A stretch of DNA of 54,459 nucleotides, taken from assembly GCA_046484545.1 (NCBI GenBank), contig JAWOIR010000100.1, positions 1 through 54,459 on the forward strand. Reading direction: 5' to 3'. A program made the position numbers and the translations under genes. Source of the stretch: Anaerolineales bacterium (GTDB lineage: Bacteria; Chloroflexota; Anaerolineae; Anaerolineales; Villigracilaceae). The notes under the pieces were generated by a model. It did not search any database and was not told the DNA's origin. It saw nothing but the letters and a program-made list of their open reading frames with translations. Shown piece after piece: positions 17,381 to 26,793 of the stretch; positions within the stretch are counted from its first letter, which is position 1; each line of letters begins with the position of its first letter.

Positions 17381-18181
17381 ATGACACATTCAACTGCAAA
17401 GTCCGGGCATTTCCGCATCGGCTTACCCTACAACTCGACGGGCCAGGGGGCGCGCCCGCTGGTCATCTTTCCGGGGTTGACTTTTGAGAATAAGCCGCAA
17501 TTCGGGATGCTGTTTATGTACAAGTTCTTGGAAAGCGACTATACGCTCTACGGCGTGCTCCGCAAGCCAGGGATGCCGCAGGGTTATACGCTGGGCGACA
17601 TGGCGGACGACTACGCCGTGATGATACGGGAGGAATTCGGTGGGCCGGTGGATGTGCTGGGCATCTCGACCGGCGGGTCTATAGCTTTACAATTTGCCGC
17701 CGACCATCCCGACCTGGTGCATCGTGTGGTCATCCATTCCAGCGCACACACATTGAACGAGACAGCAAAACAGTTGCAATTGGAAGTGGCCCAGCTGGCG
17801 CAGCAAGGGCGGTGGATGCAAGCCTGGGCTGTGTTGGTGGGTACAATTTACCCACAGACAGGTCTGGGAAAATGGCTCGCGCAACCGCTTGTCTGGCTCA
17901 GCGCGGGGCTGCTATCTTTGAACGCACCCAATAACCCCACCGATTTAGTCGTCACCGTCGAGGCCGAAGACAAGTTTGCCTTCAAAAATCGCCTGGCGGA
18001 GATCGTTGCGCCCACACTGGTGACCGGTGGCATGAACGACTTTTTCTACAGCCCCGCGTTGTTCCGCGAGACGGCGGATGGCATCCCCAACGCCAAACTC
18101 TGTCTTTACGAGAAAATAGGCCATCCGGCTGGCGGCAAGCAGTTCCGCCGGGACGTTCTCGCGTTTTTACGAGACAAATAA
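17381..18181 (+). CDS. Alpha/beta hydrolase
   Basis: Nucleophile elbow GISTGGS, followed by Asp and His (GHPAGG) regions in the right order. Confidence 0.7.
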   Translation: MTHSTAKSGHFRIGLPYNSTGQGARPLVIFPGLTFENKPQFGMLFMYKFLESDYTLYGVLRKPGMPQGYTLGDMADDYAVMIREEFGGPVDVLGISTGGSIALQFAADHPDLVHRVVIHSSAHTLNETAKQLQLEVAQLAQQGRWMQAWAVLVGTIYPQTGLGKWLAQPLVWLSAGLLSLNAPNNPTDLVVTVEAEDKFAFKNRLAEIVAPTLVTGGMNDFFYSPALFRETADGIPNAKLCLYEKIGHPAGGKQFRRDVLAFLRDK

Positions 18182-18202
18182 TATAATGAGGTGTGTAGCA
18201 TT

Positions 18203-18817
18203 ATGGCAAAAAAGCTAGACAACTTGTATCGGGTACAGAAAAAAGACATTCACCGGGCCGCTATCGTGTTGACCGACGCTTTCCAACACGACCCGGTATG
18301 GAACGCGGTTTTTGACGACGCCACGCCGGCGCAAAGAGCGTATGCCTTCGAGACGCCCGTCCGCTATAACCTGAAATACGGCGAGGTCTATGCGCCCTCT
18401 GAAGCTCTGGAAGGCGTCGCCGCCTGGGCGCCGGGTATGCTAGCCGATATGACCTTTTGGCGCATTCTGCACAGCGGGGCGTTTTGGTCGGGGATGAAAA
18501 TCGGCGCACGAATCGCCAGAAAAATGCAGCCCATCTTCAGGCCTATTGAAACGGACCGCAGAGAGAACATGAGCGGAAAATCTTACATCTATTTCCAAAT
18601 CATTGGCGTGGCTTCGGCCTTTCAGGGGCAAGGATTTGCCGGTAAACTGCTGCGCGCCCTCATTGAAAAAAGTGAGCAGACCGGCGTTTCGCTCTATCTG
18701 GAAACGGAAACCGAAAGCAATGTCAGCATGTACGAATATTTCGGGTTTACCGTTATCAAAAAGATCGTGCTTCCTATCATTAACCTTCCCATGTGGGAAA
18801 TGACGCGAGGAGGGTAA
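18203..18817 (+). CDS. GNAT family N-acetyltransferase
   Basis: Acetyl-CoA motif QGQGFAGKLLRALIE. ATG at 18203. Confidence 0.65.
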   Translation: MAKKLDNLYRVQKKDIHRAAIVLTDAFQHDPVWNAVFDDATPAQRAYAFETPVRYNLKYGEVYAPSEALEGVAAWAPGMLADMTFWRILHSGAFWSGMKIGARIARKMQPIFRPIETDRRENMSGKSYIYFQIIGVASAFQGQGFAGKLLRALIEKSEQTGVSLYLETETESNVSMYEYFGFTVIKKIVLPIINLPMWEMTRGG

Positions 18818-18820
18818 GAA

Positions 18821-19591
18821 ATGAACGAGACTTACGAACTCATCACTGTGAACGCCGACAGTTTAGACAAGCAGGGCTTTTTCTGCTACATGAGCAAGCG
18901 CAAAGCGCCCGGTTACACTCAGAAGCGCGAGTGGCTGGCGGCGCGCTTTGCTGAGGGGCTAAAGCTGCACATGGTTCACGAAATCGGCGGGCGCACCGTA
19001 GGCTTCATCGAATACATTCCCAGTGAGTATGCCTGGCGGGCGGTTCACGCCCCTGGTTACCTGGTCATCCACTGTTTATGGGTGGTGGGTAAAGGCAAAG
19101 GGAAGGGCTATGGACCGCGGTTGCTTCAGATATGCCAAGATGACGCGCGCACCCAGGGAAAACATGGTGTGGTAATGGTCGCCAGCGACGGCGTGTGGCT
19201 GGCAAAGAAGGACATCTTCCTGAAGAACGGCTTTGTGGAGGTCGCGCAGGCGCCGCCCTCCTTTAGCCTGCTGGTGCAGCGTTTTGACAATGCTCCGCTG
19301 CCGGCCTTTCCCGCAGATTGGGAAGCTCGCCAGGCCCGTTTCGGCGCAGGACTGACGGTCATCCGCACGCCGCAGTGTCCTTATGTCGAGGATGCCACGA
19401 CGATTGCCCTGGAATTGGCAGCGGAAAAAGGCATCCCTTCCCAGGTTGTGACCTTCCAGTCGGCGCAAGCGCTGCAGGAGAACTCGCCCAGTCCCTATGG
19501 CGTTTTTGGCATCGTCTTGGATGGCCGGCTCCTGGCCTACCATTACATCCAGCGCAAGGATTTCGATAAACTTGCGCCGCACGTACCGTAG
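18821..19591 (+). CDS. GNAT acetyltransferase with YoaP-like C-terminal domain
   Basis: The GKGKGKGYGPRLL motif and a C-terminal ...SPYGVFGIVLDGRLLAYHYI... resemble the YoaP-like domain. Confidence 0.55.
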   Translation: MNETYELITVNADSLDKQGFFCYMSKRKAPGYTQKREWLAARFAEGLKLHMVHEIGGRTVGFIEYIPSEYAWRAVHAPGYLVIHCLWVVGKGKGKGYGPRLLQICQDDARTQGKHGVVMVASDGVWLAKKDIFLKNGFVEVAQAPPSFSLLVQRFDNAPLPAFPADWEARQARFGAGLTVIRTPQCPYVEDATTIALELAAEKGIPSQVVTFQSAQALQENSPSPYGVFGIVLDGRLLAYHYIQRKDFDKLAPHVP

Positions 19592-19619
19592 CTTTGACTG
19601 TGTAAAGAGGAATTGACGG

Positions 19620-20087
19620 ATGCTTGCTCGGATTTCCACCACATTTGATTGTACGGCTGAACACCTCTGGGATGAAATCAGCCGCCCGGCTTCGCTGCGC
19701 TTTGTGGCCGCGCCGCTGCTGCATTTCGAGCCGCTGGTTCCCGGCGAACTCGACGGTGAATGGGTTGTGGGTAAAACCTATGCCTTGCGGCTGTCCCTGT
19801 TCGGTTTCCTGCCTGCTGGTGAACATCGCATCACGCTTGCCAGCATAGACCGGGAGGCCAACCTGATCGAGAGTAAGGAAAGCGGCGCGCTCTCGCCGGT
19901 CTGGAATCACACCATCCGGTTTCACCCGCTGGAGAATGGCAAACTGCACTATACCGATGAAATCGAAATCCAGGCCGGGCTGCTAACCGGGTTTATATGG
20001 GCCTTTGCCCACCTGTTTTATCGTCACCGCCAGCGGCGCTGGAAAGCGCTTTTATACAAAAAAACACAAAATCAGAATTGGACATAA
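19620..20087 (+). CDS. SRPBCC-like ligand-binding protein (hypothetical)
   Basis: 155 aa. The pattern ...AEHLWDEISRPASL... plus a C-terminal amphipathic helix is compatible with the START/SRPBCC fold. Weak call. Confidence 0.4.
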   Translation: MLARISTTFDCTAEHLWDEISRPASLRFVAAPLLHFEPLVPGELDGEWVVGKTYALRLSLFGFLPAGEHRITLASIDREANLIESKESGALSPVWNHTIRFHPLENGKLHYTDEIEIQAGLLTGFIWAFAHLFYRHRQRRWKALLYKKTQNQNWT

Positions 20088-20106
20088 AACGCCAGGAAAT
20101 AAAACA

Positions 20107-20574
20107 ATGAAAAAACTCATTGAAATCCTGCTACCCGCCAAAATTGACAACACCTTTCGCGGCTGGAAACTGCCCTTCTACATTTTTGCGCTGTATACGG
20201 TGCTCAGCACGGTGCGCAGCTTCATCCACCTGCTCTCCCCGGATGGCGGTGCAGGCTCCATTGCCGGGATGGATCTTTCGGTGGCGGGTGCGGATGGCAT
20301 CATCTTTGCCTTTGCCCTGTGGGGCAGCTCGCAGTTGCTGATGGCCATTATCCAGCTGCTGGTGGTGGTGCGCTACCGGTCGCTGATTCCGTTCATGTGG
20401 TTGATGCTGATCGTGGAAGTGCTGCTGCGTGAACTGGTCGGCGCAATGAAACCGGTGACTTTTGTCCACACCCCGCCCGGTGCGCTTGGCAACCAACTCT
20501 TCCTGCCGCTGGCTGCGTTGATGTTGGGCCTGTCGTTGTGGAGCGCCTACCGCCAAACAAGCGAGGCCCAATGA
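20107..20574 (+). CDS. Membrane protein (hypothetical)
   Basis: Internal ATG of ORF 20005-20574. 4 TM segments. Confidence 0.45.
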   Translation: MKKLIEILLPAKIDNTFRGWKLPFYIFALYTVLSTVRSFIHLLSPDGGAGSIAGMDLSVAGADGIIFAFALWGSSQLLMAIIQLLVVVRYRSLIPFMWLMLIVEVLLRELVGAMKPVTFVHTPPGALGNQLFLPLAALMLGLSLWSAYRQTSEAQ

Positions 20575-20626
20575 AAAAACGCCCATTTTTGAGAATATTT
20601 TTGGAAAAGGGAAATAAGGTATCTGA

Positions 20627-21247
20627 ATGTCAGACGCGTCTATCGTACTTCTCATTGTCTTTGTTATGCTGTATCTTGCATTCTTGTTCTGGTATGGTGG
20701 CAGGAGCAATCCGCTGACCCCGGCGGAAGTGGAATCCTTGCTGGTCGAGATCAAGCGTCAAGGCGGGAAACAGTCGCAGGAAGGCGAGCCCCCCCTTTTT
20801 CAGCAATTTCGCGATCTGGCAAAAAGCGACGATGGGCGTGAATTCTACATGGTCAACCTGATGAAGTTCCGCCAAAAAGCACTTTACCCGGCCGAAAGCC
20901 CTTTCAATGATGACCCAATGGCGGCCAATGCCCGTTACAGTCAGGCAATCATCCCGCTGCTGCTCAAACACGGCGGCCACCCCGTTTTTCTCGGCCAGGT
21001 TCAAGGACTTTTCCTCCACCCCGGTTCGGCCGATGATTGGGATCAGGTCGGTATGGTGCGCTATCGCAGCCGCCGGGATATGCTCAAAATGGCCGTCGAG
21101 ATTGCCGGCCTGGGCGTTGACATTCACAAATGGGCTGCGCTGGAAAAAACGCAGGTTTTCCCGGTAAAGCCCCTGCTGCACCTGGCTTTTATCCGGGTGA
21201 TCGTTGCGGCTCTTTTGCTTGTACCTGTCATTATCGCCCTGAATTAA
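20627..21247 (+). CDS. Hypothetical protein with N- and C-terminal TM anchors
   Basis: 206-aa ORF with no overlapping better frame. No motif recognised. Confidence 0.45.
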   Translation: MSDASIVLLIVFVMLYLAFLFWYGGRSNPLTPAEVESLLVEIKRQGGKQSQEGEPPLFQQFRDLAKSDDGREFYMVNLMKFRQKALYPAESPFNDDPMAANARYSQAIIPLLLKHGGHPVFLGQVQGLFLHPGSADDWDQVGMVRYRSRRDMLKMAVEIAGLGVDIHKWAALEKTQVFPVKPLLHLAFIRVIVAALLLVPVIIALN

Positions 21248-21308
21248 ATGATGGGTACAACACTGCGCAGATATTTCGACACCTTACCGCCAAGCGAAGG
21301 CAGGCCAA

Positions 21309-22034
21309 ATGAAATCCACAACAATCCGTGAAACATCCTGGAAATCTCTCTACCAGACCGGCGCAATCGCCGCCTTGACTGCCGCCCTCCTCTTTCGGCG
21401 CAACATTGGCGCTGAGGTGTCGCTGTTTACCGGCATTGAGGCGCTTCCAACCAACGCGGCGGATTGGTTCAGCCTGCTGCAGACCAACCCGTTCGTGGGG
21501 CTGTCCTTTCTGGCTGTGTTCGACCTGACGAATTACTTCCTGGTGGGAATCGTGTTTCTAGCCCTGGCGGCGCGGCTGTGGCTGGTGAACAAAAGCCTGA
21601 CGGCCTTGGCCCTCACCGGCGGATTGGTGGGCGTCACAATCAACCTTTCCTCAAACATCTCGCTGACCATGTTCTCGCTCAGCCAACGCTACGCCGCGGC
21701 GACCTCCGCCGCGCAAAAAACCGACCTGCTGTCCGCCGGGCAGTCCATTCTGGCGGGCAATGACCCGCTGGCGGCCATCCCCAGCACCGGCGCGCTGGTC
21801 GGTTTGTTGTTGGTTGCCCTTGCGGGACTGCTGTTTTCGGTTCTGCTGCTGCCCTCCCATCGCGCAACGGCCATTCTCGGCTTGCTTGCCAGCGGCTGCG
21901 ACCTGGTTTATTGCCTGGTTTTTCCCTTGACAGCCGTTGCGCCGGTTTACCTGCTGCTGGCCGCTGCCGGGCTGTTCTGGATGCTCTGGCATTTTCTGGT
22001 TGCCTGGGTTTTGTGGAAATATTCGAAGGAGTAG
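21309..22034 (+). CDS. DUF4386-like membrane protein, paralog A2
   Basis: Shares ...SQRYAAATSAAQKTDLLSAGQSIL... and TM topology with A1 and A3-A5. Confidence 0.55.
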   Translation: MKSTTIRETSWKSLYQTGAIAALTAALLFRRNIGAEVSLFTGIEALPTNAADWFSLLQTNPFVGLSFLAVFDLTNYFLVGIVFLALAARLWLVNKSLTALALTGGLVGVTINLSSNISLTMFSLSQRYAAATSAAQKTDLLSAGQSILAGNDPLAAIPSTGALVGLLLVALAGLLFSVLLLPSHRATAILGLLASGCDLVYCLVFPLTAVAPVYLLLAAAGLFWMLWHFLVAWVLWKYSKE

Positions 22035-22037
22035 AGG

Positions 22038-22640
22038 ATGCGCAAAGCAACCAAAACTGTTGCTAGCTGGTTGGGCGTTGTCGCCGGTATTGCCGGTTTT
22101 GAACACGGCTATTTTGAGTTCTTACAGGGCAACTCCTCCACGCCAGGTTTGGCTTTCCCCTCGTGGGGACCGCCTTGTGTTCCCGAGGAAATCTGGCACA
22201 ATTGCGAACCGGCGATGAGTATTATTCCCAATTTTTTAATCACCGGTATCCTGGCCATGCTGCTCAGCCTGGCGCTGATGGTGTGGGCCGGCTGGTTTGT
22301 GCAGCGCAGGCACGGTGGATGGATCCAGATAGCGCTCTCGGTCTTGCTGCTGCTCTTTGGCGGCGGCTTCTTCCCGCCCATCATCGCTTTCGTCGGCGGC
22401 CTGGCGGGGACGCAGATTAACCGCCCCTTGTCGGGCCGGGCCGGCACGCTCACCCGGTTTGCTGCCAAACTGTGGCCCTGGTCGCTGGTAATTTTCGTCG
22501 TCTGGACGCTGGGACAGTTCCCCGTTGGTCATTTCTTCAACGATATTTTACAAAGCATCATGTACGTCAGCCTGCTGGTCATTTTGACCTCGCTGCCACT
22601 GGCTGTTTATACCGCCTACGCTCATGATGCGACCCAGTGA
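22038..22640 (+). CDS. Membrane protein family B, paralog B2
   Basis: IAGFEHGYFEFLQGNSSTPG...WGPPC...WHNCEPAMSIIPNFLITGILAM... closely parallels the C-terminal half of 24320-25477. Confidence 0.55.
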   Translation: MRKATKTVASWLGVVAGIAGFEHGYFEFLQGNSSTPGLAFPSWGPPCVPEEIWHNCEPAMSIIPNFLITGILAMLLSLALMVWAGWFVQRRHGGWIQIALSVLLLLFGGGFFPPIIAFVGGLAGTQINRPLSGRAGTLTRFAAKLWPWSLVIFVVWTLGQFPVGHFFNDILQSIMYVSLLVILTSLPLAVYTAYAHDATQ

Positions 22641-22653
22641 GAGGAGTATCTCC

Positions 22654-23022
22654 ATGGAAACGCTAGCGAAGTTTACCCTTCCCGGGATTTTATTTGCGCT
22701 GACCCTGGTTTTTGGCTTCTGGTTGAGCCATGCCGGGAAGCCCTACAGTGGCTTGCTGTTCAACATCCATAAATTGATTGCGCTGGGTTGCGTTGTGATC
22801 TTGGGCATCCAATTCTCGAAAACCCTTCACGCTCTTGACTGGCAACTGGTTGTATTGCTGGCTGTTTTAGCCCTGTGCGTGGTCGCCCTGTTCGCCAGTG
22901 GGGCCTTGATGAGCGCAGAAAAACTGGATTACGGCCTGATGCTGACCATTCATTGCATCGCTTCGATGGTGTTGACGGCTAGTTTGGGGCTAATTCTCCT
23001 GCTCGTAAAGTCATCTGCATGA
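22654..23022 (+). CDS. Small 4-TM membrane protein (hypothetical)
   Basis: ATG 22654 preceded by GAGAGG. The stop overlaps the next start (23019). Confidence 0.45.
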   Translation: METLAKFTLPGILFALTLVFGFWLSHAGKPYSGLLFNIHKLIALGCVVILGIQFSKTLHALDWQLVVLLAVLALCVVALFASGALMSAEKLDYGLMLTIHCIASMVLTASLGLILLLVKSSA

Positions 23023-24323
23023 AAATTATCTGCTTCCCGCATTTTTACTATCTCTCTGAAGTCTCGCGCCTGGTTGAGATGGGGCTGGCCCTGCGCCGGT
23101 TGGGGCAGGAAGTCGTCTTCTTCAGTCATGGCGGGAATTACGAGTACGTCGCTCAAGAGGCGGGCTTCGAGGTCGTGGCCGTCACACCGGAAATGTCGCC
23201 TCAACGCGCTGCCGAGTACATGGCCTTCAATCGCGGTGAGAAAGGCAACCCATTCCGGGATAGTTTCTTTACTGATGACGAACTGCAAGCCTATGTCCCT
23301 GCCGAAGCCGACGCCTTCCGCCAGGCACGCGCCGATGCCGTGCTGATTGGCTGGAACCTGCCTTCGTATCTCTCCGCGCCGCTGGTGGGTATTCCCATCC
23401 TGGTTCAACAGCCCGGCCCGTTCATTGCGCCTTTTTTCGACCGCAAGATGGGCGTCTTCCAGCCCTCGCTGTTCGGCGCAGCGCGCCGCCTGCCCTTGAA
23501 CTGGCTGGTCAACTGGTGGTTGTCGCGGGCAAAAATCTGGCTGGCTCCCTTCAACCGCGCAGCGGAATCGCTGGGGCTACCGCAATGGAAGAGCACGCTA
23601 GACCTGATGGCCGGCGACCTGACCCTGGTGATGGACGCGCCCGAAATTCTGGGCATCCCGCCCGATGAATTGCACACCTACCGTCCCAGACACCCGCAAT
23701 GCTTTCATCGCCCGCCCGTCTACCGCTACGGCGGCCCGTGTTTCGCCCGCCTGCCGGGGGATGTCCCCGAAGCCGTTCGCACCCATTTCGACACCCCGCA
23801 CCTCAAGCTATACTGCGCCATGGGTGTCTCGGGTTCGCCGCGGGTGTTGGGGGAAGTTATCGAGATTGCCAACAACCTGGAGATTCAATCCGTCATTACC
23901 ACCACCACCGTCCTGCCGGGGTTGGGTGGCAGCGAGGCAGGGCGGGTCCTGCTCACACCGCATGTTCCGGCCCATCTTGTCAACCCGCTGGCCGATATCG
24001 CCATCACGCACGGCGGGGCCGGGACGGTGCAAACGGCCATTCATTCCGGGACGCCGCTGGTCGGCATTCCCATGCACCTGGAACAGACCGGCAATCTCTC
24101 GCTGGTTACGCGTCAGAATGCGGGCCTGATGCTCTCGAAATGGGACCTCAACCGGCGTTCGCTGGGCCGCGCCCTGGAACGCCTGCTGCGCGACACCGGC
24201 CTGCGCCAGAATATGCTGCGCCTGAAAGCCATCCAAGACCAGGTGGACGGCCCGGCCGTTGCCGCCCGGGAAATTGTGTGCTTTCTCGGCGCATCCAACC
24301 CGAACATGGAGCAGGCCCAATGA
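23019..24323 (+). CDS. GT1-family glycosyltransferase (MGT-like), second copy
   Basis: Donor-binding motif ITHGGAGTVQTAIHSGTPLVGIPMHLEQ; 434 aa. Confidence 0.7.
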   Translation: MKIICFPHFYYLSEVSRLVEMGLALRRLGQEVVFFSHGGNYEYVAQEAGFEVVAVTPEMSPQRAAEYMAFNRGEKGNPFRDSFFTDDELQAYVPAEADAFRQARADAVLIGWNLPSYLSAPLVGIPILVQQPGPFIAPFFDRKMGVFQPSLFGAARRLPLNWLVNWWLSRAKIWLAPFNRAAESLGLPQWKSTLDLMAGDLTLVMDAPEILGIPPDELHTYRPRHPQCFHRPPVYRYGGPCFARLPGDVPEAVRTHFDTPHLKLYCAMGVSGSPRVLGEVIEIANNLEIQSVITTTTVLPGLGGSEAGRVLLTPHVPAHLVNPLADIAITHGGAGTVQTAIHSGTPLVGIPMHLEQTGNLSLVTRQNAGLMLSKWDLNRRSLGRALERLLRDTGLRQNMLRLKAIQDQVDGPAVAAREIVCFLGASNPNMEQAQ

Positions 24324-25477
24324 TCCATTTTCCGACAATTTGGTGGTTGTTCCCGGCTACTTCCATGCTGCTGCTTGTGCTTTCTCTGTTTCTGACCCGC
24401 TCCGGCATCCGTGAAAAGGCGCTTCTGCAGAAGGTTTTTGTGGCTCTTGGCGCATTGCTAGGCTTCGTTGCCCTGGCGCTGCCCTTTTTCGAACAGCCTG
24501 TTTTTTATGTTCCCATCATCAATTACGGGCTGGGTATCCCGTTGGCCGTGATTGGGCTGGTGGGGCGCATCTACCCAATGGTTTACCTGCAAAGGCAAGG
24601 CACGACCACGGCCATGGACAGCGTGGCGAAACTGGTGGACAGCGGCCCGTATGCCTGGGTGCGACACCCGCAATACACGGCCGGGCTGGTCATGCTGCTG
24701 GGCTGGTTTCTGGCCTGGGGGGCGTGGTATGCGCTAGGCTGGCTGCCCCTCATCGCCGGAATGATTTATGCGCAAGCGCGGATTGAGGAAAAGTACATTT
24801 TGGAAAGGCTGTTTGGAGAAGCGTATGCCGCGTACCGGGAACAGGTCGGAATGCTGCTGCCGCGCCTGGCTGAAAAAGACGCAGTGTGCATTACGACGGG
24901 TTTCCTCGGCAGCTACGCCGGACTGATTGCCATGCAGCACGGCATTTTCGAGATTTTACAAGGCAGCCATGCCCCACCCGGCTTGTTGTTCAATGCCATT
25001 GGTCCACCCTGCCAGGCAGATGCGGTCTGGCATGCCTGCTTTCCGGCTCTGACGTTGATTCCCAACCTGCTTGTCACCGGGGTGGCCGCCGTGTTGGCCG
25101 GTTTGGCGATTGCTGTCTGGGCGCTCGCCTTTATCGGGCGCAGGCGCGGCGGGCTTGGTTTGGGGGCGTTGGCCTTGCTGGCGCTGTTGGTCGGCGGCGG
25201 GTTTGTGCCGGTCTTTATCGGGCTGGTGGCGGCCGTAGCCGGCAGCCTGGGACGCTCTCCCGCGCGGCTGCCCCGCCTGGCATTCCTGGCCGCGCTCTGG
25301 CCCTGGCCGCTGGTTTTGCTGGCGCTCTGGCTGCCGGGCAGTTGGCTTCTGGGGCATTTCTTCGGCCCGGCCATGCTTTCGGTTGGCGGACTGCTGTTTC
25401 TCGTTTTCGATATTGGCCTGCCGGTGCTGGGCGCGGCTTCTGCAATCGCAAGAAACTTTAGGGAGGTGTGCGCATGA
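24320..25477 (+). CDS. Fusion protein: ICMT/PEMT-like methyltransferase (N) + family B membrane domain (C)
   Basis: The N-half VDSGPYAWVRHPQYTAGLVML...ARIEEKYILERLFGEAYAAYREQV is the ICMT signature. The C-half MQHGIFEILQGSHAPPG...IGPPC...WHACFPALTLIPNLLVTGVAA is family B. The ATG at 24320 overlaps the GT stop (ATGA). The rest of ORF 23699-25477 is read-through in the GT gene. Confidence 0.65.
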   Translation: MIHFPTIWWLFPATSMLLLVLSLFLTRSGIREKALLQKVFVALGALLGFVALALPFFEQPVFYVPIINYGLGIPLAVIGLVGRIYPMVYLQRQGTTTAMDSVAKLVDSGPYAWVRHPQYTAGLVMLLGWFLAWGAWYALGWLPLIAGMIYAQARIEEKYILERLFGEAYAAYREQVGMLLPRLAEKDAVCITTGFLGSYAGLIAMQHGIFEILQGSHAPPGLLFNAIGPPCQADAVWHACFPALTLIPNLLVTGVAAVLAGLAIAVWALAFIGRRRGGLGLGALALLALLVGGGFVPVFIGLVAAVAGSLGRSPARLPRLAFLAALWPWPLVLLALWLPGSWLLGHFFGPAMLSVGGLLFLVFDIGLPVLGAASAIARNFREVCA

Positions 25478-25857
25478 CGGTTTTATTAGGCATTTTGTTC
25501 ATCCTGCACGCGCTGGTTCACCTGCTCTATGCCGGGCAAGCGGCGCGCTGGTTTGAACTGCGCCCCGACCTGACTTGGCCGGATGGGGCCTGGGCTTCCT
25601 CCCGGCTTCTTGGCGACGAAACCATCCGCAGTCTGGCGGCTGTTTTTCTGGCGCTGACCGCCCTTGCCTTTTTTGTAGGAGCGCTGGGGCTGTTCCTGGG
25701 GCAGGGTTGGGGGCGCGCGGCGGGTGTGGGCGCGGCAGTTTTGTCCACTGCCGTCTACCTGGTCTTTTGGAACGGCAAATTTCAAGACCTGCCCGACCAG
25801 GGCGGGGTAGGGCTGCTGATCAGCCTGGGGATTTTGGTCGCAGTTTTGATGGTTTGA
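25474..25857 (+). CDS. Small 4-TM membrane protein (hypothetical)
   Basis: ATG 25474 lies 8 nt after GGGAGG and overlaps the upstream stop (ATGA). Confidence 0.45.
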   Translation: MTVLLGILFILHALVHLLYAGQAARWFELRPDLTWPDGAWASSRLLGDETIRSLAAVFLALTALAFFVGALGLFLGQGWGRAAGVGAAVLSTAVYLVFWNGKFQDLPDQGGVGLLISLGILVAVLMV

Positions 25858-25980
25858 AACCAAATAAACCACCTGGTAGTTTCGTTAACAAGTGAAAACA
25901 TCTTGCAAGGAGTTGTTAATGAGCCATAGGCTCACCGTCGCCGAATGAAAATCAATAACCTATTTTCAAGGGAGAAAATC

Positions 25981-26700
25981 ATGTCGACCCCAAATATTGA
26001 GGCCCCAACCTTTGATCTGCGCTATAAAACGCTCTACCGTCTTGGCGGCATTGCCAGCATACTGATCGCCGTTTTAATCGTCTTTGCCATCGGTGCTTAT
26101 TTTATCTGGCCGTACACAGGCAATACCACTACGATTGAGACCATCTTCAGCCTCCTGCAAACCGATCGCCTGGGCGCGCTCATCTCGCTCGATGTTTCGA
26201 TGCTGGTGATTGGCCCGATCAGTATGCTTTTGTACCTGGCTTTATATACAGCCTTGCGACAAGTGGACGAATCGGTGGCGCTGGTGGCCCTGGCGCTGAA
26301 CCTTCTGGGGGTAGGCTTGATCATCATCTGCCGCCCGCTGGTTGAACTGGTGATGCTCAGCGACCAATATGCCGCAGCAACTGACGCTGCCGAAAAAATG
26401 CGCCTCCTGGCCGCCGGGGAAGTGCTACGCGCCCAGTTGGATGGCACTGCTTGGGCAATGCAAACGGCTTTCCTCATGACAGCCGGGCTGCTCAATAGCT
26501 CTCTGATGCTGCGAACCCGTTTCTTCAGCAAAGCGACTGCCTGGCTCGGCATTGTCATCAGCGCCATCGGGCTGGGATTTTTCCTGCCCGCTGTTGGCCT
26601 GCTTTTCATATTCATAAATACCATCGGCAGTGTTCCCTGGTGTCTCCTCATGGCGCACTATTTGTTCAAAATTGCCCGGGCGGTCTCAAAGCCTGCGTAA
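25981..26700 (+). CDS. DUF4386-like membrane protein, paralog A3
   Basis: Roughly half of the residues are identical to A1 by eye (…LYRLGGIASIL…YFIWPYT…TDRLGALISLDV…SDQYAAATDAAEK…LAAGEVL). An alternative start at 25945 overlaps a 9-codon uORF. Confidence 0.6.
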   Translation: MSTPNIEAPTFDLRYKTLYRLGGIASILIAVLIVFAIGAYFIWPYTGNTTTIETIFSLLQTDRLGALISLDVSMLVIGPISMLLYLALYTALRQVDESVALVALALNLLGVGLIIICRPLVELVMLSDQYAAATDAAEKMRLLAAGEVLRAQLDGTAWAMQTAFLMTAGLLNSSLMLRTRFFSKATAWLGIVISAIGLGFFLPAVGLLFIFINTIGSVPWCLLMAHYLFKIARAVSKPA

Positions 26701-26793
26701 AGCGTCATATTTTGTGCAGCAAAGGTCATAGCCGCTGGCTGGCCTGGAGGGTATGATGAGACTGACGAAGTATCGCTTGAGAAAGGAATTGTC

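Noticed and set aside
23699-24319. N-terminal 207 codons of ORF 23699-25477 (likewise 9520-9951 of ORF 9520-11157, 16390-16653, 6362-6676)
   Set aside because: These are out-of-frame read-throughs inside the preceding, well-supported genes. The real starts coincide with ATGA overlaps or SD sequences, and with the points where family similarity begins.
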